A stretch of 64,000 bases of DNA from an uncultured Pseudomonadota bacterium (GTDB lineage Bacteria; Oederibacteriota; Muellerivitia; Muellerivitales; Muellerivitaceae): contig CAVYRH010000007.1 in assembly GCA_963770835.1 (NCBI GenBank), forward strand, positions 25,076 through 89,075, given 5' to 3'. Below the pieces are notes generated by a model, which had not been told where the DNA came from, made no database searches, and was given only the letters and a program-made list of their open reading frames with translations. Positions 47,910 through 57,491 of the stretch are shown here, piece by piece (within the stretch, counting starts at the first letter, position 1; the number at the start of each line of letters is the position of its first letter). Made by a program: the position numbers and the translations under genes.

Positions 47910-48281
47910 TTAGCAAAGACCTTTCCATCGGGGAGGTGGGGTATGGACAAAAAGGGGAGGGATCGGAAGGGAAACGGTTTTCATCTCCTGGCTTCCCGGG
48001 GGAATCGGAATGAAGAGGGAAGGCGTGGCGGGGGGGAACCCCTTGACCGGACTTTGGGAAAGGGCATTGGAATGGGAGCCGCCACCGCAATCTCCTGAAT
48101 AAAAGCCGGGGGCGGCGGGACAGGGTGTGTTTTCGGCAGGATGATGGCAGCAACAGGGACCATGGCACATGGGGCAATAAGCTTTTACTTGGGATGGTTT
48201 AGGGGAAAAGGATAGGCCAACGAAGGGTTCTGTGACCCAAGAAAAAGCCAATAAGAGCAGGAAGGCAAGTTTTAGACTCAT
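47910..48281 (-). CDS. small Cys/His- and Pro-rich secreted protein (DUF2946 / CutF / CruR-like leader candidate)
   Basis: Hydrophobic N-terminus, CPMCHGPCCCHH, C-terminal HTPPPRW; first gene of the metal cluster. Confidence 0.6.
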   Translation of the reverse strand: MSLKLAFLLLLAFSWVTEPFVGLSFSPKPSQVKAYCPMCHGPCCCHHPAENTPCPAAPGFYSGDCGGGSHSNALSQSPVKGFPPATPSLFIPIPPGSQEMKTVSLPIPPLFVHTPPPRWKGLC

Positions 48282-48360
48282 CTCGTTAAATTACCCGGAC
48301 TCCATTAGAATTTCAATGCCGCCTGTCTATATCTCTAAAACACTGTAAAAGTTACTCATC

Positions 48361-49584
48361 ATGGTAAAAACGGAAATATTCAGCGAATCCCCACTGATAG
48401 GCCATTCCCCCGGACTCGGAAAGCCCTGGTCCGGTGAAAAGCTTTATTTCCACGGCGACGATTATTTCTGGGATGTCCTAAGGGCCATACGGGAAGCGCG
48501 CAGGAGCGTGGACATTGAAACTTATATCTTTGAGCCGGGAAGACTGGGGAATCTAATCGTGGCCGCCCTTATCGCCGCGAAACGGAGGGGTGTTTCCGTG
48601 AGGCTTTTGGTGGATGGCGTGGGTTCGCCGGAATTCCTGGACCATTACGGTCCCCGGCTGGAGAAGAATGGGGTTGCTTTTCGGATTTACCGTTCTTGGC
48701 CGACATTTTTCTCCTCCGTTTTCCACCGCTTCCAGTGGATGCGGCTCCGGTGGTCCCTCCGTTATGCCTTTACCATCTGGAACAGCGGGAAACACCGGGA
48801 TCACCGCAAGCAATGTATCGTGGATGGACGGAAAGTTTGGATCGGTAGTTTCAACGTTTCCGATTGGCACCTGGAGGGAATAAAAGGAAAATCGTCCTGG
48901 AGGGACACGGGTATCGGCCTTTCGGGAGTGAAAAGCCAAGTGTTTCAACTGGCCTTCCGAACCGCCTGGGAAGATCCCTGGCCCCACCAATCGGCCCGCC
49001 GGCACCGCCATTTTCTGATCCAGTGGCTGACTCATGACGTCCAGGGAAGCCCTATTCGCATGACCGCCAGCCGCAAGTTAAGGCGCAGTTTCCGCAAGGA
49101 ATTGCTGGGCCGCATGTCTTCCGCCAACCACCGGGTTTGGGTCCTGACACCTTATTTTGTCCCAACTGGGCCGCTTTTGCGGGCCCTGGCACGGGCTGCC
49201 CGGCGGGGATGCGACGTCCGCCTGGTGCTCCCCGGCCGCTCGGATGTGCCCATGGTGCGTTGGGCTTCCATTGTTTATTTCCCGGGTCTCCTCAAGGCAG
49301 GATGCAGGATTTTCGAATACCAAGGACGGGTACTCCACGCAAAGACTTTCCTGGCGGATTCCTGGGCCCTGGTCGGGTCCTCCAACCTGGATTATCGAAG
49401 CCTCCGCAAGGATTTGGAGGTCAACGTCATTCCCTCGGAAAAAAAGTCAATCCGGGGTTTAGAGGCGCAGTTCGAAAAGGATTTCGCCCATTGCCGTGAA
49501 GTTTCCATGGCCGATGTCCGCCAGCGCCCTCTCTGGAGCCGTTTCCTTTCGACCGTCTTCTTCCATTTTCGATATTGGTTTTAA
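48361..49584 (+). CDS. phospholipase D family cardiolipin synthase (ClsB-like)
   Basis: Two HKD motifs (DHRKQCIVDG, LHAKTFLAD), WRDT, TPYFVP, GSSNLDYRS. Confidence 0.9.
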   Translation: MVKTEIFSESPLIGHSPGLGKPWSGEKLYFHGDDYFWDVLRAIREARRSVDIETYIFEPGRLGNLIVAALIAAKRRGVSVRLLVDGVGSPEFLDHYGPRLEKNGVAFRIYRSWPTFFSSVFHRFQWMRLRWSLRYAFTIWNSGKHRDHRKQCIVDGRKVWIGSFNVSDWHLEGIKGKSSWRDTGIGLSGVKSQVFQLAFRTAWEDPWPHQSARRHRHFLIQWLTHDVQGSPIRMTASRKLRRSFRKELLGRMSSANHRVWVLTPYFVPTGPLLRALARAARRGCDVRLVLPGRSDVPMVRWASIVYFPGLLKAGCRIFEYQGRVLHAKTFLADSWALVGSSNLDYRSLRKDLEVNVIPSEKKSIRGLEAQFEKDFAHCREVSMADVRQRPLWSRFLSTVFFHFRYWF

Positions 49585-49689
49585 CCCGGTTTTAACCCTA
49601 TCGAAAAAGGAAAACTTGCATTTTGAGCCGTCTTAAATAAGGTATAAATACTTTTAGCGCCGAATTCGCCCGTTCCATCGAGGACAGCC

Positions 49690-52600
49690 TTGGCCAAGAA
49701 CAAGAAAAAGAAAGCTTCTTCAGAAGACTCCTCCCCCCTCCTTCACACCATGGCCCAAACCACGGACGCCCAAAAGGCTTCCCAGCAGCTTTCCGAACTG
49801 CCCGACCTCAAACAACACCCCGACGCCCCCAAAATTGCCGGTTACATGTTGATCAAGCCCCTGGGGCGGGGTGCCTACGCCCAGGTTTGGGAGGCCATCC
49901 AGCTTCGGACCCGGAAGTTCGTTGCGGTCAAGGTTTTCACCAAGAAGAGCGGCGTCCATTGGTTCTTTCTCCAAAGGGAAGCCGACCGCCTGATCCGCCT
50001 GGACAAGCATCCCCATATTGTCTCCCTTTTGGACGCGGACTTGAGCGGCGATATCCCCTATTACGTCATGGACCTGGCCCAGGAAGGATCACTCGAACGC
50101 CAAATGGAGGGTGGGCTACCCGGAACCGGTGAGATCGAAGTGGAAAAGGCCGCTGGTTGGATGGACGAAGTGGCCCAGGCTTTGCATTACGTGCACGCCA
50201 AACAGATGGTGCACTGCGACTTGAAGCCGGCCAACCTGCTCGTGGACGACGAAGGGCATATCCGCGTTGCGGATTTCGGCAATTCCCGGGTTTTGAGCGA
50301 GTCCGGTGGAACCTTGGGCACCCTTTTTTACATGGCGCCGGAACAGGCGGTCACGCCCGACCCGGAAAAGCCCCTCCAGCCCGACATCCGGTGGGACATC
50401 TATGCCCTGGGCTGTACGATTTATTCCATGTGCTCCAACCGGGTACCCCACTCGGAGATCGCCCCCAAACTGGAAAAAGTTTCCGGGGTGGAGGAAAGGC
50501 TCCGGATTTACCGGGAAGCCGTCGAGGCCGAACCAGTTCCCGATCTCTTCACCCTCACCAAGGGCAGGGTGGACCGGGACCTCTCCGCCATCGTGGCCAA
50601 GTGCATGGCGGTCGATCCCCAGCAAAGATACACCTCAGTCGGAGAGGTGTTGAAGGATTTGAAAGCCCGCCGGGAAGGACGGCCGGTGAGCCCCCTGGCC
50701 CACGACATGGGCTATTGGCTGGCCAAGTTCCTCCTGCGGTACCGCACCTCGGTTTTGATCGCGGCGGTTTCCTTGATCGCCCTTTCGGTCGTGCTTTTCT
50801 TCCTTTCCAAGCGCCAGACCGCCCAAATTCAGGACACGGCCTTCAACTATGTCCTGAGGGGGAGGGAATTCCTGGACAAGGACGACGAGGCCTCCGCCGT
50901 GGCTTATTTTGCGGCGGCGGACAAGATGTACCCTTCCATCCTGGCCAGGGGTAACGCTGCCTGGCATATGCCGCCCGTTCCAAGAGCGTTTTTCGCCCAT
51001 GACGGCCCGCTGATGACCGTGGCTTACAGTCCGGACGGCAAGATCCTTTTGACGGCCGGGGGAACGACGGGAGCGATACTTTGGGACGCCGAGACGGGCC
51101 AAGTCTTGAGCCGCACCCTCCCGTTGAACGGGGTCCTGACCGCCGCAGCCTTTAGCCGGGACGGCTCCAAATTGGCCTTGGGCGGGGACAACGGGGAAGC
51201 AAGGGTTTTTGACGTTGCCACCCATGCGGCGGTGGGGAAGGCGATGTGGCAAAACAAGGGAATCACTTCGGTGGATTTCAGCGATGACGGCCAAAAGGTT
51301 TTGACGGGTGGAATGGACGGAAGGGCGAGGGAATGGAACGCCGCCACGGGCCTTTTACTGCCGCCCGTGATGGAGCACGACCAGCCGGTTTTGAAGGCTT
51401 TGTTCGGCCCCCAGGGGGACCGGGTGCTGACTTTGGATAAGGGCGGCGCGGCGCAGTTGTGGGACGCCGATAACGGGAATCCGGTCGGGGAATCCATCCA
51501 ACTGGACTTGAAAGGGGCGCCCTCCTGGTACAAGCCCACCGTGGCTTTTAACCCCAATGGCAGGGGCTTTCTTGCCGCCGGATGGAATGGGGCGGTCAAA
51601 TTTTACGACAACAAGGGAAAAAGAACAGGGGCCGTGATCTTTATGGAAGGCTTGGGAGCGCAGGCCGTTTACAGCCCAGATGGCAGCCACGTCCTGGCTT
51701 CGGTCACCAGCGGGGGTTCGGCCGGGTTCGCCAGGGTTTTCAATGCCCGGACCCACGCGCCCTTGAGGTTTATCCTAAAGACCGGGGGAAGGATTTCAGC
51801 CTTAGCTTTCAGTGCCGATGGAAGGGAAGTCCTGACCGGGGACACGGACCACGTGGTGGGGATATGGAACGCCGAAACCGGCCAACACTTGGGCCATGAT
51901 TTTTGGCAAGGGGACATCATTACCGCCGCCGCCTTCGATCCCCAGGGCAGGACCTTGGCCGCTGGCTGCCGGGATGGTCTGGCCTGCCTTTGGGCCTTAC
52001 CGGGGGACGGGATGGACGACGAAATTTCCCTGGCGTGGAATAATCCGGGGCGCGAGCACCTGAAGAAATTCCAAAGCCACGCCCTCTTCAGCCCGGATCT
52101 GAAAAAGGCGCTGACCTTCGGCGGGAAAACCGCCTGCCTTTGGGATGCCGCCACGGGGAAAGGGGAAGGGGATATCCTGGTGGCCGGTGGAACGATCCTG
52201 AGGGCGGTTTTTAGCCCTGACAGTTCCCGGCTTCTCACCTGCGATTCGGACGGCGAGTCCCGATTGTGGAATCTTCCCACCGGTCGCTTCCAAGTGCTGG
52301 GGAAGGGGAAGGCGGTTTACGGGGGGGCCTTCAGCGCCGACGGCCGGACGGTCTTGACCGGCGGAGAGGATAAAAGCCTGCACCTGTGGGACGTCCAAAG
52401 CGGCCAAGAAAAGGGAAAGCCCCTAGGGACAGGCCTTTCCATTTCAAAGGTCCTGCTTTCCCCTGACGGTGAAAGAATGGCCGCCTTGGGTTGGAACGGG
52501 GGCCTCAAGCTTTATTCCCCGCAGCCGACGGGTGGCAAGCCGCTTCTGAAGGTGGAAAAGGGGGTCCACGACGCGCTGTTCAGCCCCGATAGCCGCACCC

Positions 52601-53169
52601 TGGTTTATGCGCTTACCAAGACCGCGGCGGTCGTGGACTCCTCAACCGGCAAGTCCTTGAGAATCCTCGACCACGGTATCGGGCTGGTCTCCGTTTTAAT
52701 CAGCCCGGATAGCGGGACCATCGCCACCATGGGCTCGGATGGAACCATCCGGCTTTGGAGCCTCGCCACAGGGCTTTCTATCGGAAACCCCTTGCGGCAC
52801 GAAGGCCCGGCCCAGGATTGGACCTTCAGCCCCCATGGAGACGTCCTTTTAGTCGCCTACCAGGATGGGGGCTGGGAATTTTGGGACACCCGCACCGGGG
52901 AAGCGATTGGGGAGGAAGAGCCCCGGGGACTCTTGGCTAAGGCTGTTGGCTTTGATCCGGACGGGAAGACCGCGCGAATGCTGGGAAAAGAGGGGGAACT
53001 CGTTCAAAAGCGGCTGGATTGGATGGACCCCCTGACCGATCCAAACCGCCTGGTGTTAATCTCCGAAGTGGCGGGCCGTTCGCGGGTGGACGTCCAAGGA
53101 TCGCTGGAACCCGTCACGAGCGACCAATGGGTGCGCCTTTGGGCCCAATACCGGAAGGAAAGCAAATGA
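49690..53169 (+). CDS. Hanks-type Ser/Thr kinase with TM segment and WD40 repeats
   Basis: LGRGAY, VAVK, HCDLKPANL, DFG, YMAPEQ, DIYALG; a TM segment; more than 12 FSPDG...LWD repeats. Confidence 0.93.
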   Translation: MAKNKKKKASSEDSSPLLHTMAQTTDAQKASQQLSELPDLKQHPDAPKIAGYMLIKPLGRGAYAQVWEAIQLRTRKFVAVKVFTKKSGVHWFFLQREADRLIRLDKHPHIVSLLDADLSGDIPYYVMDLAQEGSLERQMEGGLPGTGEIEVEKAAGWMDEVAQALHYVHAKQMVHCDLKPANLLVDDEGHIRVADFGNSRVLSESGGTLGTLFYMAPEQAVTPDPEKPLQPDIRWDIYALGCTIYSMCSNRVPHSEIAPKLEKVSGVEERLRIYREAVEAEPVPDLFTLTKGRVDRDLSAIVAKCMAVDPQQRYTSVGEVLKDLKARREGRPVSPLAHDMGYWLAKFLLRYRTSVLIAAVSLIALSVVLFFLSKRQTAQIQDTAFNYVLRGREFLDKDDEASAVAYFAAADKMYPSILARGNAAWHMPPVPRAFFAHDGPLMTVAYSPDGKILLTAGGTTGAILWDAETGQVLSRTLPLNGVLTAAAFSRDGSKLALGGDNGEARVFDVATHAAVGKAMWQNKGITSVDFSDDGQKVLTGGMDGRAREWNAATGLLLPPVMEHDQPVLKALFGPQGDRVLTLDKGGAAQLWDADNGNPVGESIQLDLKGAPSWYKPTVAFNPNGRGFLAAGWNGAVKFYDNKGKRTGAVIFMEGLGAQAVYSPDGSHVLASVTSGGSAGFARVFNARTHAPLRFILKTGGRISALAFSADGREVLTGDTDHVVGIWNAETGQHLGHDFWQGDIITAAAFDPQGRTLAAGCRDGLACLWALPGDGMDDEISLAWNNPGREHLKKFQSHALFSPDLKKALTFGGKTACLWDAATGKGEGDILVAGGTILRAVFSPDSSRLLTCDSDGESRLWNLPTGRFQVLGKGKAVYGGAFSADGRTVLTGGEDKSLHLWDVQSGQEKGKPLGTGLSISKVLLSPDGERMAALGWNGGLKLYSPQPTGGKPLLKVEKGVHDALFSPDSRTLVYALTKTAAVVDSSTGKSLRILDHGIGLVSVLISPDSGTIATMGSDGTIRLWSLATGLSIGNPLRHEGPAQDWTFSPHGDVLLVAYQDGGWEFWDTRTGEAIGEEEPRGLLAKAVGFDPDGKTARMLGKEGELVQKRLDWMDPLTDPNRLVLISEVAGRSRVDVQGSLEPVTSDQWVRLWAQYRKESK

Positions 53170-53273
53170 AAGACAGTTCGCAGTCCACAGTTCGCAGTCC
53201 GCAGTTAAAATCTTTCAAGCTTCAGAGGTTGGCTGCCAACTGCCAACTACCACCTGTGGACTGCCGTTCATGA
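53166..53273 (+). repeat. heptamer inverted-repeat element forming a 35-codon mini-ORF between the kinase and cyclase genes
   Basis: CAGTTCG CAGTCCA CAGTTCG CAGTCCG ... CTGCCAA CTGCCAA CTACCAC CTGTGGA; ATGA overlaps at both ends. Confidence 0.8.
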
Positions 53274-54940
53274 AGGCCATTGTGGAAGCCGTGCGCCAGG
53301 GGGAGGCCACCCTTCGTTTTGAGATTGGGGAGAACCACGACGTCATCCTGGGCCGCACGGATGATGCGGACTGGGCCGTGCCCCATGAGAAGTTCCTCAG
53401 TCACCGCCACCTGGAATTGCGCATGAAAGCGGGGCGGCTGATGGTCAAGCGCCTCACCGGCACCACCAACCCCGTCTTCCACAAAGGCGTGGAGAAAGAA
53501 GCCTTCTTCCTGGAGAACGGGGACCAGTTTGTCGTGGGGAAAACCCGGTTCCATTTCGCGATCCTAAGCAACCGCAAGGACGAGGTCCGGCCCGACCTCA
53601 AGATGTCCATGAGCTCGGAAGAAGTTTACAAGAACGGAGGGGCGGTCCCCGCCCGGTTGCGCATCCTCGACCTTTTGGAGCTTCCCGAACTCCTCCGTCA
53701 AAAGGCCGAGTCCGACTCTTATAACCATATCGCGAGCCTTTTGAGGTCAGTAGCCGCCGGGTCCTGGTCCCAAATCATGCGGCCGGGAGGCCGGGTCCTG
53801 GCGGTGGATTCGGCCCTGGATTCCACGGGTTTTAAGACCAGCCGCACCCTCATCGAGGAAGCCCTCAAACATGCGCCCCAGCCCTTTCTTTATTGCTGGA
53901 CCAACCCGGACCAGGGCCTTTCGGCCACCCTGCAGGAAGGGGCCGATTGGGCGGTTTGTGCGGCCACCCAAATCCCCGGGGAAGAACCGCTTCTTTTCTA
54001 TGTGGCCGGGCAGGGAGGTAGTGAAGCGGCCCTCAAGGATAATTGCCGCCTGGTCGGCCTCATCGCCGACATGGTGGGCCGCAGTCTTTCGGTGCAGAAA
54101 CTGGAGGGATTGAAGGAAAGGCTTCAACGGTTTTTCTCGGGCCAGGTGGTCTCCAAAATCATCGAGTCTTCCGACACGGAGGAATTGAAGCCCAAGCTGA
54201 CCGAAGGCACGGTGATGTTTTTCGACATCCGTGGCTTTTCCAAGCTCACCGAGGGCAAGGCCGAGAAGATCCTGGAAAAAACCGGTGAACTACAGGACGT
54301 CATGACGGCCATGACCGAGGAAATTTTCAAGGAAAATGGCGTCGTGCTCCAGTTCCTGGGCGACGGCATCCTGGCCTGCTGGAACCTGCCTTTCCCCGAT
54401 CCCGACCACGTCAACCGCGCCTGCCGGGCCGCCCTGGCCATGGTGGTCTCCCTGGAAAAGATTGCCCCCGAGTGGCGTTGCGGCATCGGCATCCATACGG
54501 GCCAAGTGGTGGCGGGGTCCATGGGCGCCAAACAGCTTTTTTCCTACACCGTCATGGGGCCGGTCGTGAACCAGGCCTCCCGGCTGGAAGGCATCACCAA
54601 GATCGTGGAGGTGCCGATCCTGGCCACCAAGGAAGTGGTGGAAAAGATTTCCAAGGATACCGCCGTGGCGCGCCGCATCGGGAAGTTCCAGCCGGCGGGC
54701 ATGAACGTGGCCCTGGACCTCTTCGAGATCCATCCCCTTCCGGCGGACCAGGACAAGGCCAAGCTTTTCACCAAGGGCCTGGAAGAATTCGAGTTGGGCC
54801 AATGGGAAACGGCCTACGAAATCCTCGACCACCTGCCCCCCAGCGACCGGCCCGCCCGCTATATCAAGACCCTGGCCGAGATGCACCGCCGCCGCCCGCC
54901 CAAGGACTGGAAGGGCATTATCGAGCTGGCGGAGAAATAA
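53270..54940 (+). CDS. FHA-domain class III nucleotidyl (adenylate/guanylate) cyclase
   Basis: FHA LGR..LSHRH..NP; FFDIRGFS, QFLGDG, GIGIHTG, YTVMGPVVNQASRLEG; C-terminal PPKDWKG..EK. Confidence 0.9.
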   Translation: MKAIVEAVRQGEATLRFEIGENHDVILGRTDDADWAVPHEKFLSHRHLELRMKAGRLMVKRLTGTTNPVFHKGVEKEAFFLENGDQFVVGKTRFHFAILSNRKDEVRPDLKMSMSSEEVYKNGGAVPARLRILDLLELPELLRQKAESDSYNHIASLLRSVAAGSWSQIMRPGGRVLAVDSALDSTGFKTSRTLIEEALKHAPQPFLYCWTNPDQGLSATLQEGADWAVCAATQIPGEEPLLFYVAGQGGSEAALKDNCRLVGLIADMVGRSLSVQKLEGLKERLQRFFSGQVVSKIIESSDTEELKPKLTEGTVMFFDIRGFSKLTEGKAEKILEKTGELQDVMTAMTEEIFKENGVVLQFLGDGILACWNLPFPDPDHVNRACRAALAMVVSLEKIAPEWRCGIGIHTGQVVAGSMGAKQLFSYTVMGPVVNQASRLEGITKIVEVPILATKEVVEKISKDTAVARRIGKFQPAGMNVALDLFEIHPLPADQDKAKLFTKGLEEFELGQWETAYEILDHLPPSDRPARYIKTLAEMHRRRPPKDWKGIIELAEK

Positions 54941-55117
54941 TGGCTCCACCGGCGGGTCTTATGGTATGGTATGGCCTGTTTTTGACGGATGACATTTGGT
55001 AACCCTCGTTTCGAGCCGCCATGGGGTGGCGGGAGCCCTTCAACAGGTGCCCCGCAGAAATAGCGTGACGGCTTTCCAACCCAATTATTTCCCCTGGTTC
55101 ATTCCCAAAACTCAAAT

Positions 55118-55315
55118 GCTGTCGTTGTGAGGAATATTCACCGAATCGGTGAATGGCTATGACGAAGCAATCCAATTTTTATAAGCTTTTTGCAATGGAT
55201 GCTTCATCTACTTTGAAATCTTCGGCGGAAAACCTTAAAAACGAATGCATGTGGAATTGAGGTTTCTTCGCCGTTAACGTCCCGCTAATCGCGGGACACT
55301 CCTCGCAATGGCAGC
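55118..55315. repeat. REP/MITE-like palindromic element
   Basis: Ends GCTGTCGTTGTGAGGA / TCCTCGCAATGGCAGC; internal GACGAAGCAATCC; hairpins ATTCACCGA-a-TCGGTGAAT and GTCCCGC-taatc-GCGGGAC. Confidence 0.65.
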
Positions 55316-55339
55316 GATTAAAATTGATAAGGAATTAAA

Positions 55340-57247
55340 ATGGAAAGTTTTCAAGAATTGGATTTGCCCGAGTTTTTAAGGCATTCCCTGCATCAGATGA
55401 ATTTCGAGAAGCCCATGCCCGTCCAGGCGCAGGCTATCCCATTGGCATTGGAAGGGAAGGATGTCATCGCTTCCGCCCAAACCGGAACGGGGAAAACCGC
55501 CGCTTTCGGCATCCCCCTTTTGACCTACCTGGAAAAGAACAAGGACAAGACGGCGCTGGTGCTGACCCCCACGCGCGAGCTGGCCGTGCAGGTGTTGGAG
55601 GTTTTACGCAAGCTTACCGGAACCCATCACGTGGGCGGGTCCGTTCTTTTGATCGGCGGGGCCAATATGAGCACCCAATTCAGCCAGCTTACCCGTAAGC
55701 CCCGGCTGATCATCGGCACGCCGGGCCGGGTCATTGACCATTTGAACCGGGGTTCCCTGGTTCTTTCCTCCAACGGCTTTTTGGTTTTGGACGAGGCGGA
55801 CCGGATGCTGGACATGGGTTTCGCCCCGCAATTGGATGAAATCCGCAAGCGCTTGGCGGGACACCGCCAGACACTTCTTTTCTCGGCGACCATCCCCCCC
55901 AACATCCAGCAAATGGCGTCCAAATACCTGAAGGACCCGGTCCGCATCACCATCGGTTCCACCACCCAGCCCATCCAGAAGATTGTCCAAAAGGTGCTCT
56001 ATACCACCGAGGCCAAAAAACCCGAGGAGCTTTCCAGTGAGCTTAAGGAAAGGCAGGGTTCCATCCTGATCTTCGCCCGCACCCAGCACCGCGTGGACCG
56101 CATCATGAACCGCCTCAAGGACGAAGGCGTGAAGGTCACCCGCATCCACGGGGGCCGCACCCAATCCCAGCGGCGCCAGGCGATCGATCAGTTCCGGGAA
56201 GGGAAGTTCCTGGTCCTGGTGGCCACGGACATCGCGGCCCGGGGGCTGGATATACACCATATCGCCCATGTCATCAACTACGACCTGCCGAAGAACCCGG
56301 AGGACTACATCCACCGCGTGGGCCGCACAGCGCGCGCGGGCGCCGAGGGCGAATCCCTGTGTTTCCTCACTCCTGAGGACATGGACTTGTGGAGGAGGAT
56401 CCTCAAGTTGATGAACGTGACGAAGGAATCCATCCCGGTGAAGCCTTCCCGGTTCGGGTTTACGGCTCCCAAGGAAGAATCAGCTCAAAAACAACACGCT
56501 CCACGGCCCGCATCCCATGGACGTCCCCCGCAGGGGCATGGAAGGCCCCAAGGAGGCCGGAATGAAGCCCGGCCCCAAGGCCAAGGCGGATTCAAGCCTT
56601 CCTATTCCAGGCCGCCCCAAAGGCGCCAAGAAGGCTGGGGTGTCGGTCACAAGGATTCCCAATCCAGGGATTTCCATCAAAAAAATCGCCATCCGGATGG
56701 ACGGCATCAGCAAAGGTCGGAACAGCACCGGGACAAGTTTCAAAGGCCCCAGGAAGGCTCCCGGGATAACACTCCCTTCAATGAAGCCGATGAGAAGCAA
56801 CCCATGTCGAACGAATCCCGCAATTGGGCGAAACCGGAAGGTTTTATCCAGCGAATCGGGAGAAAGTTCATGGGCGGGGACCGGCCCCGGAACTCGAACC
56901 GGAACTTTCGGGATGACCGCCAGGGTTTTAGGAAAGAAGGCGGGTTCGGTGGCGGCGCAGGAAAGCCCCATCAGAGGCCGTCGCAGGGACAGCATCCGCA
57001 CCGCTTTGAGAAACGTCCAGGGGAACAGCGGCCTTTTTCCGGGGAGCATCGCAGCCGTCCGGATAGCGGATTCGGTGGCGGCTCAGGCACCCCCCATCGC
57101 AGGCCCGAAGGGGAACATCGGAATCGGGAGTATCGTCCGGAAGGTGGCAACCGGCCCCAGCGGCCGGGAGGCAACTTCCGCCCCAAGGGCGGGTTCAAGC
57201 GGCCCAGCGAGGGAAACTCCAGGCCCGGCGGTTTTCGTCCCCGCTAA
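55340..57247 (+). CDS. DEAD-box RNA helicase with long disordered C-terminal tail
   Basis: Q motif, AQTGTGKT, PTRELA, TPGR, LDEADRMLDMGF, SAT, ARGLD, HRVGRTAR. Confidence 0.96.
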   Translation: MESFQELDLPEFLRHSLHQMNFEKPMPVQAQAIPLALEGKDVIASAQTGTGKTAAFGIPLLTYLEKNKDKTALVLTPTRELAVQVLEVLRKLTGTHHVGGSVLLIGGANMSTQFSQLTRKPRLIIGTPGRVIDHLNRGSLVLSSNGFLVLDEADRMLDMGFAPQLDEIRKRLAGHRQTLLFSATIPPNIQQMASKYLKDPVRITIGSTTQPIQKIVQKVLYTTEAKKPEELSSELKERQGSILIFARTQHRVDRIMNRLKDEGVKVTRIHGGRTQSQRRQAIDQFREGKFLVLVATDIAARGLDIHHIAHVINYDLPKNPEDYIHRVGRTARAGAEGESLCFLTPEDMDLWRRILKLMNVTKESIPVKPSRFGFTAPKEESAQKQHAPRPASHGRPPQGHGRPQGGRNEARPQGQGGFKPSYSRPPQRRQEGWGVGHKDSQSRDFHQKNRHPDGRHQQRSEQHRDKFQRPQEGSRDNTPFNEADEKQPMSNESRNWAKPEGFIQRIGRKFMGGDRPRNSNRNFRDDRQGFRKEGGFGGGAGKPHQRPSQGQHPHRFEKRPGEQRPFSGEHRSRPDSGFGGGSGTPHRRPEGEHRNREYRPEGGNRPQRPGGNFRPKGGFKRPSEGNSRPGGFRPR

Positions 57248-57251
57248 GACT

Positions 57252-57491
57252 TTAATCGGGGAATACAGCCAGCTTGAATTTCATGCAATCATTCGGAAAA
57301 GGAAAATCTGGGCATTTTAAGCAGGATTCGATTCCTTTTTCGATGACGCATTTCCTTGCGCCGCAATTGCCGTTCGCTTCGGTATTTCGACAACCCTGGC
57401 ATTTTTTCTTTAGGTAGGTGGCGCAGGCGCCGCAGTAGAGCCCGCAACAAGACAACATACTTGAATCAACGCCAATTAGACCCATGGCCAA
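57252..57491 (-). CDS. Cys-rich DUF3795-like protein, possibly truncated
   Basis: CCGLYCGAC..CQGC..C..RKC...GIESC.KC. Confidence 0.7.
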   Translation of the reverse strand: MAMGLIGVDSSMLSCCGLYCGACATYLKKKCQGCRNTEANGNCGARKCVIEKGIESCLKCPDFPFPNDCMKFKLAVFPD

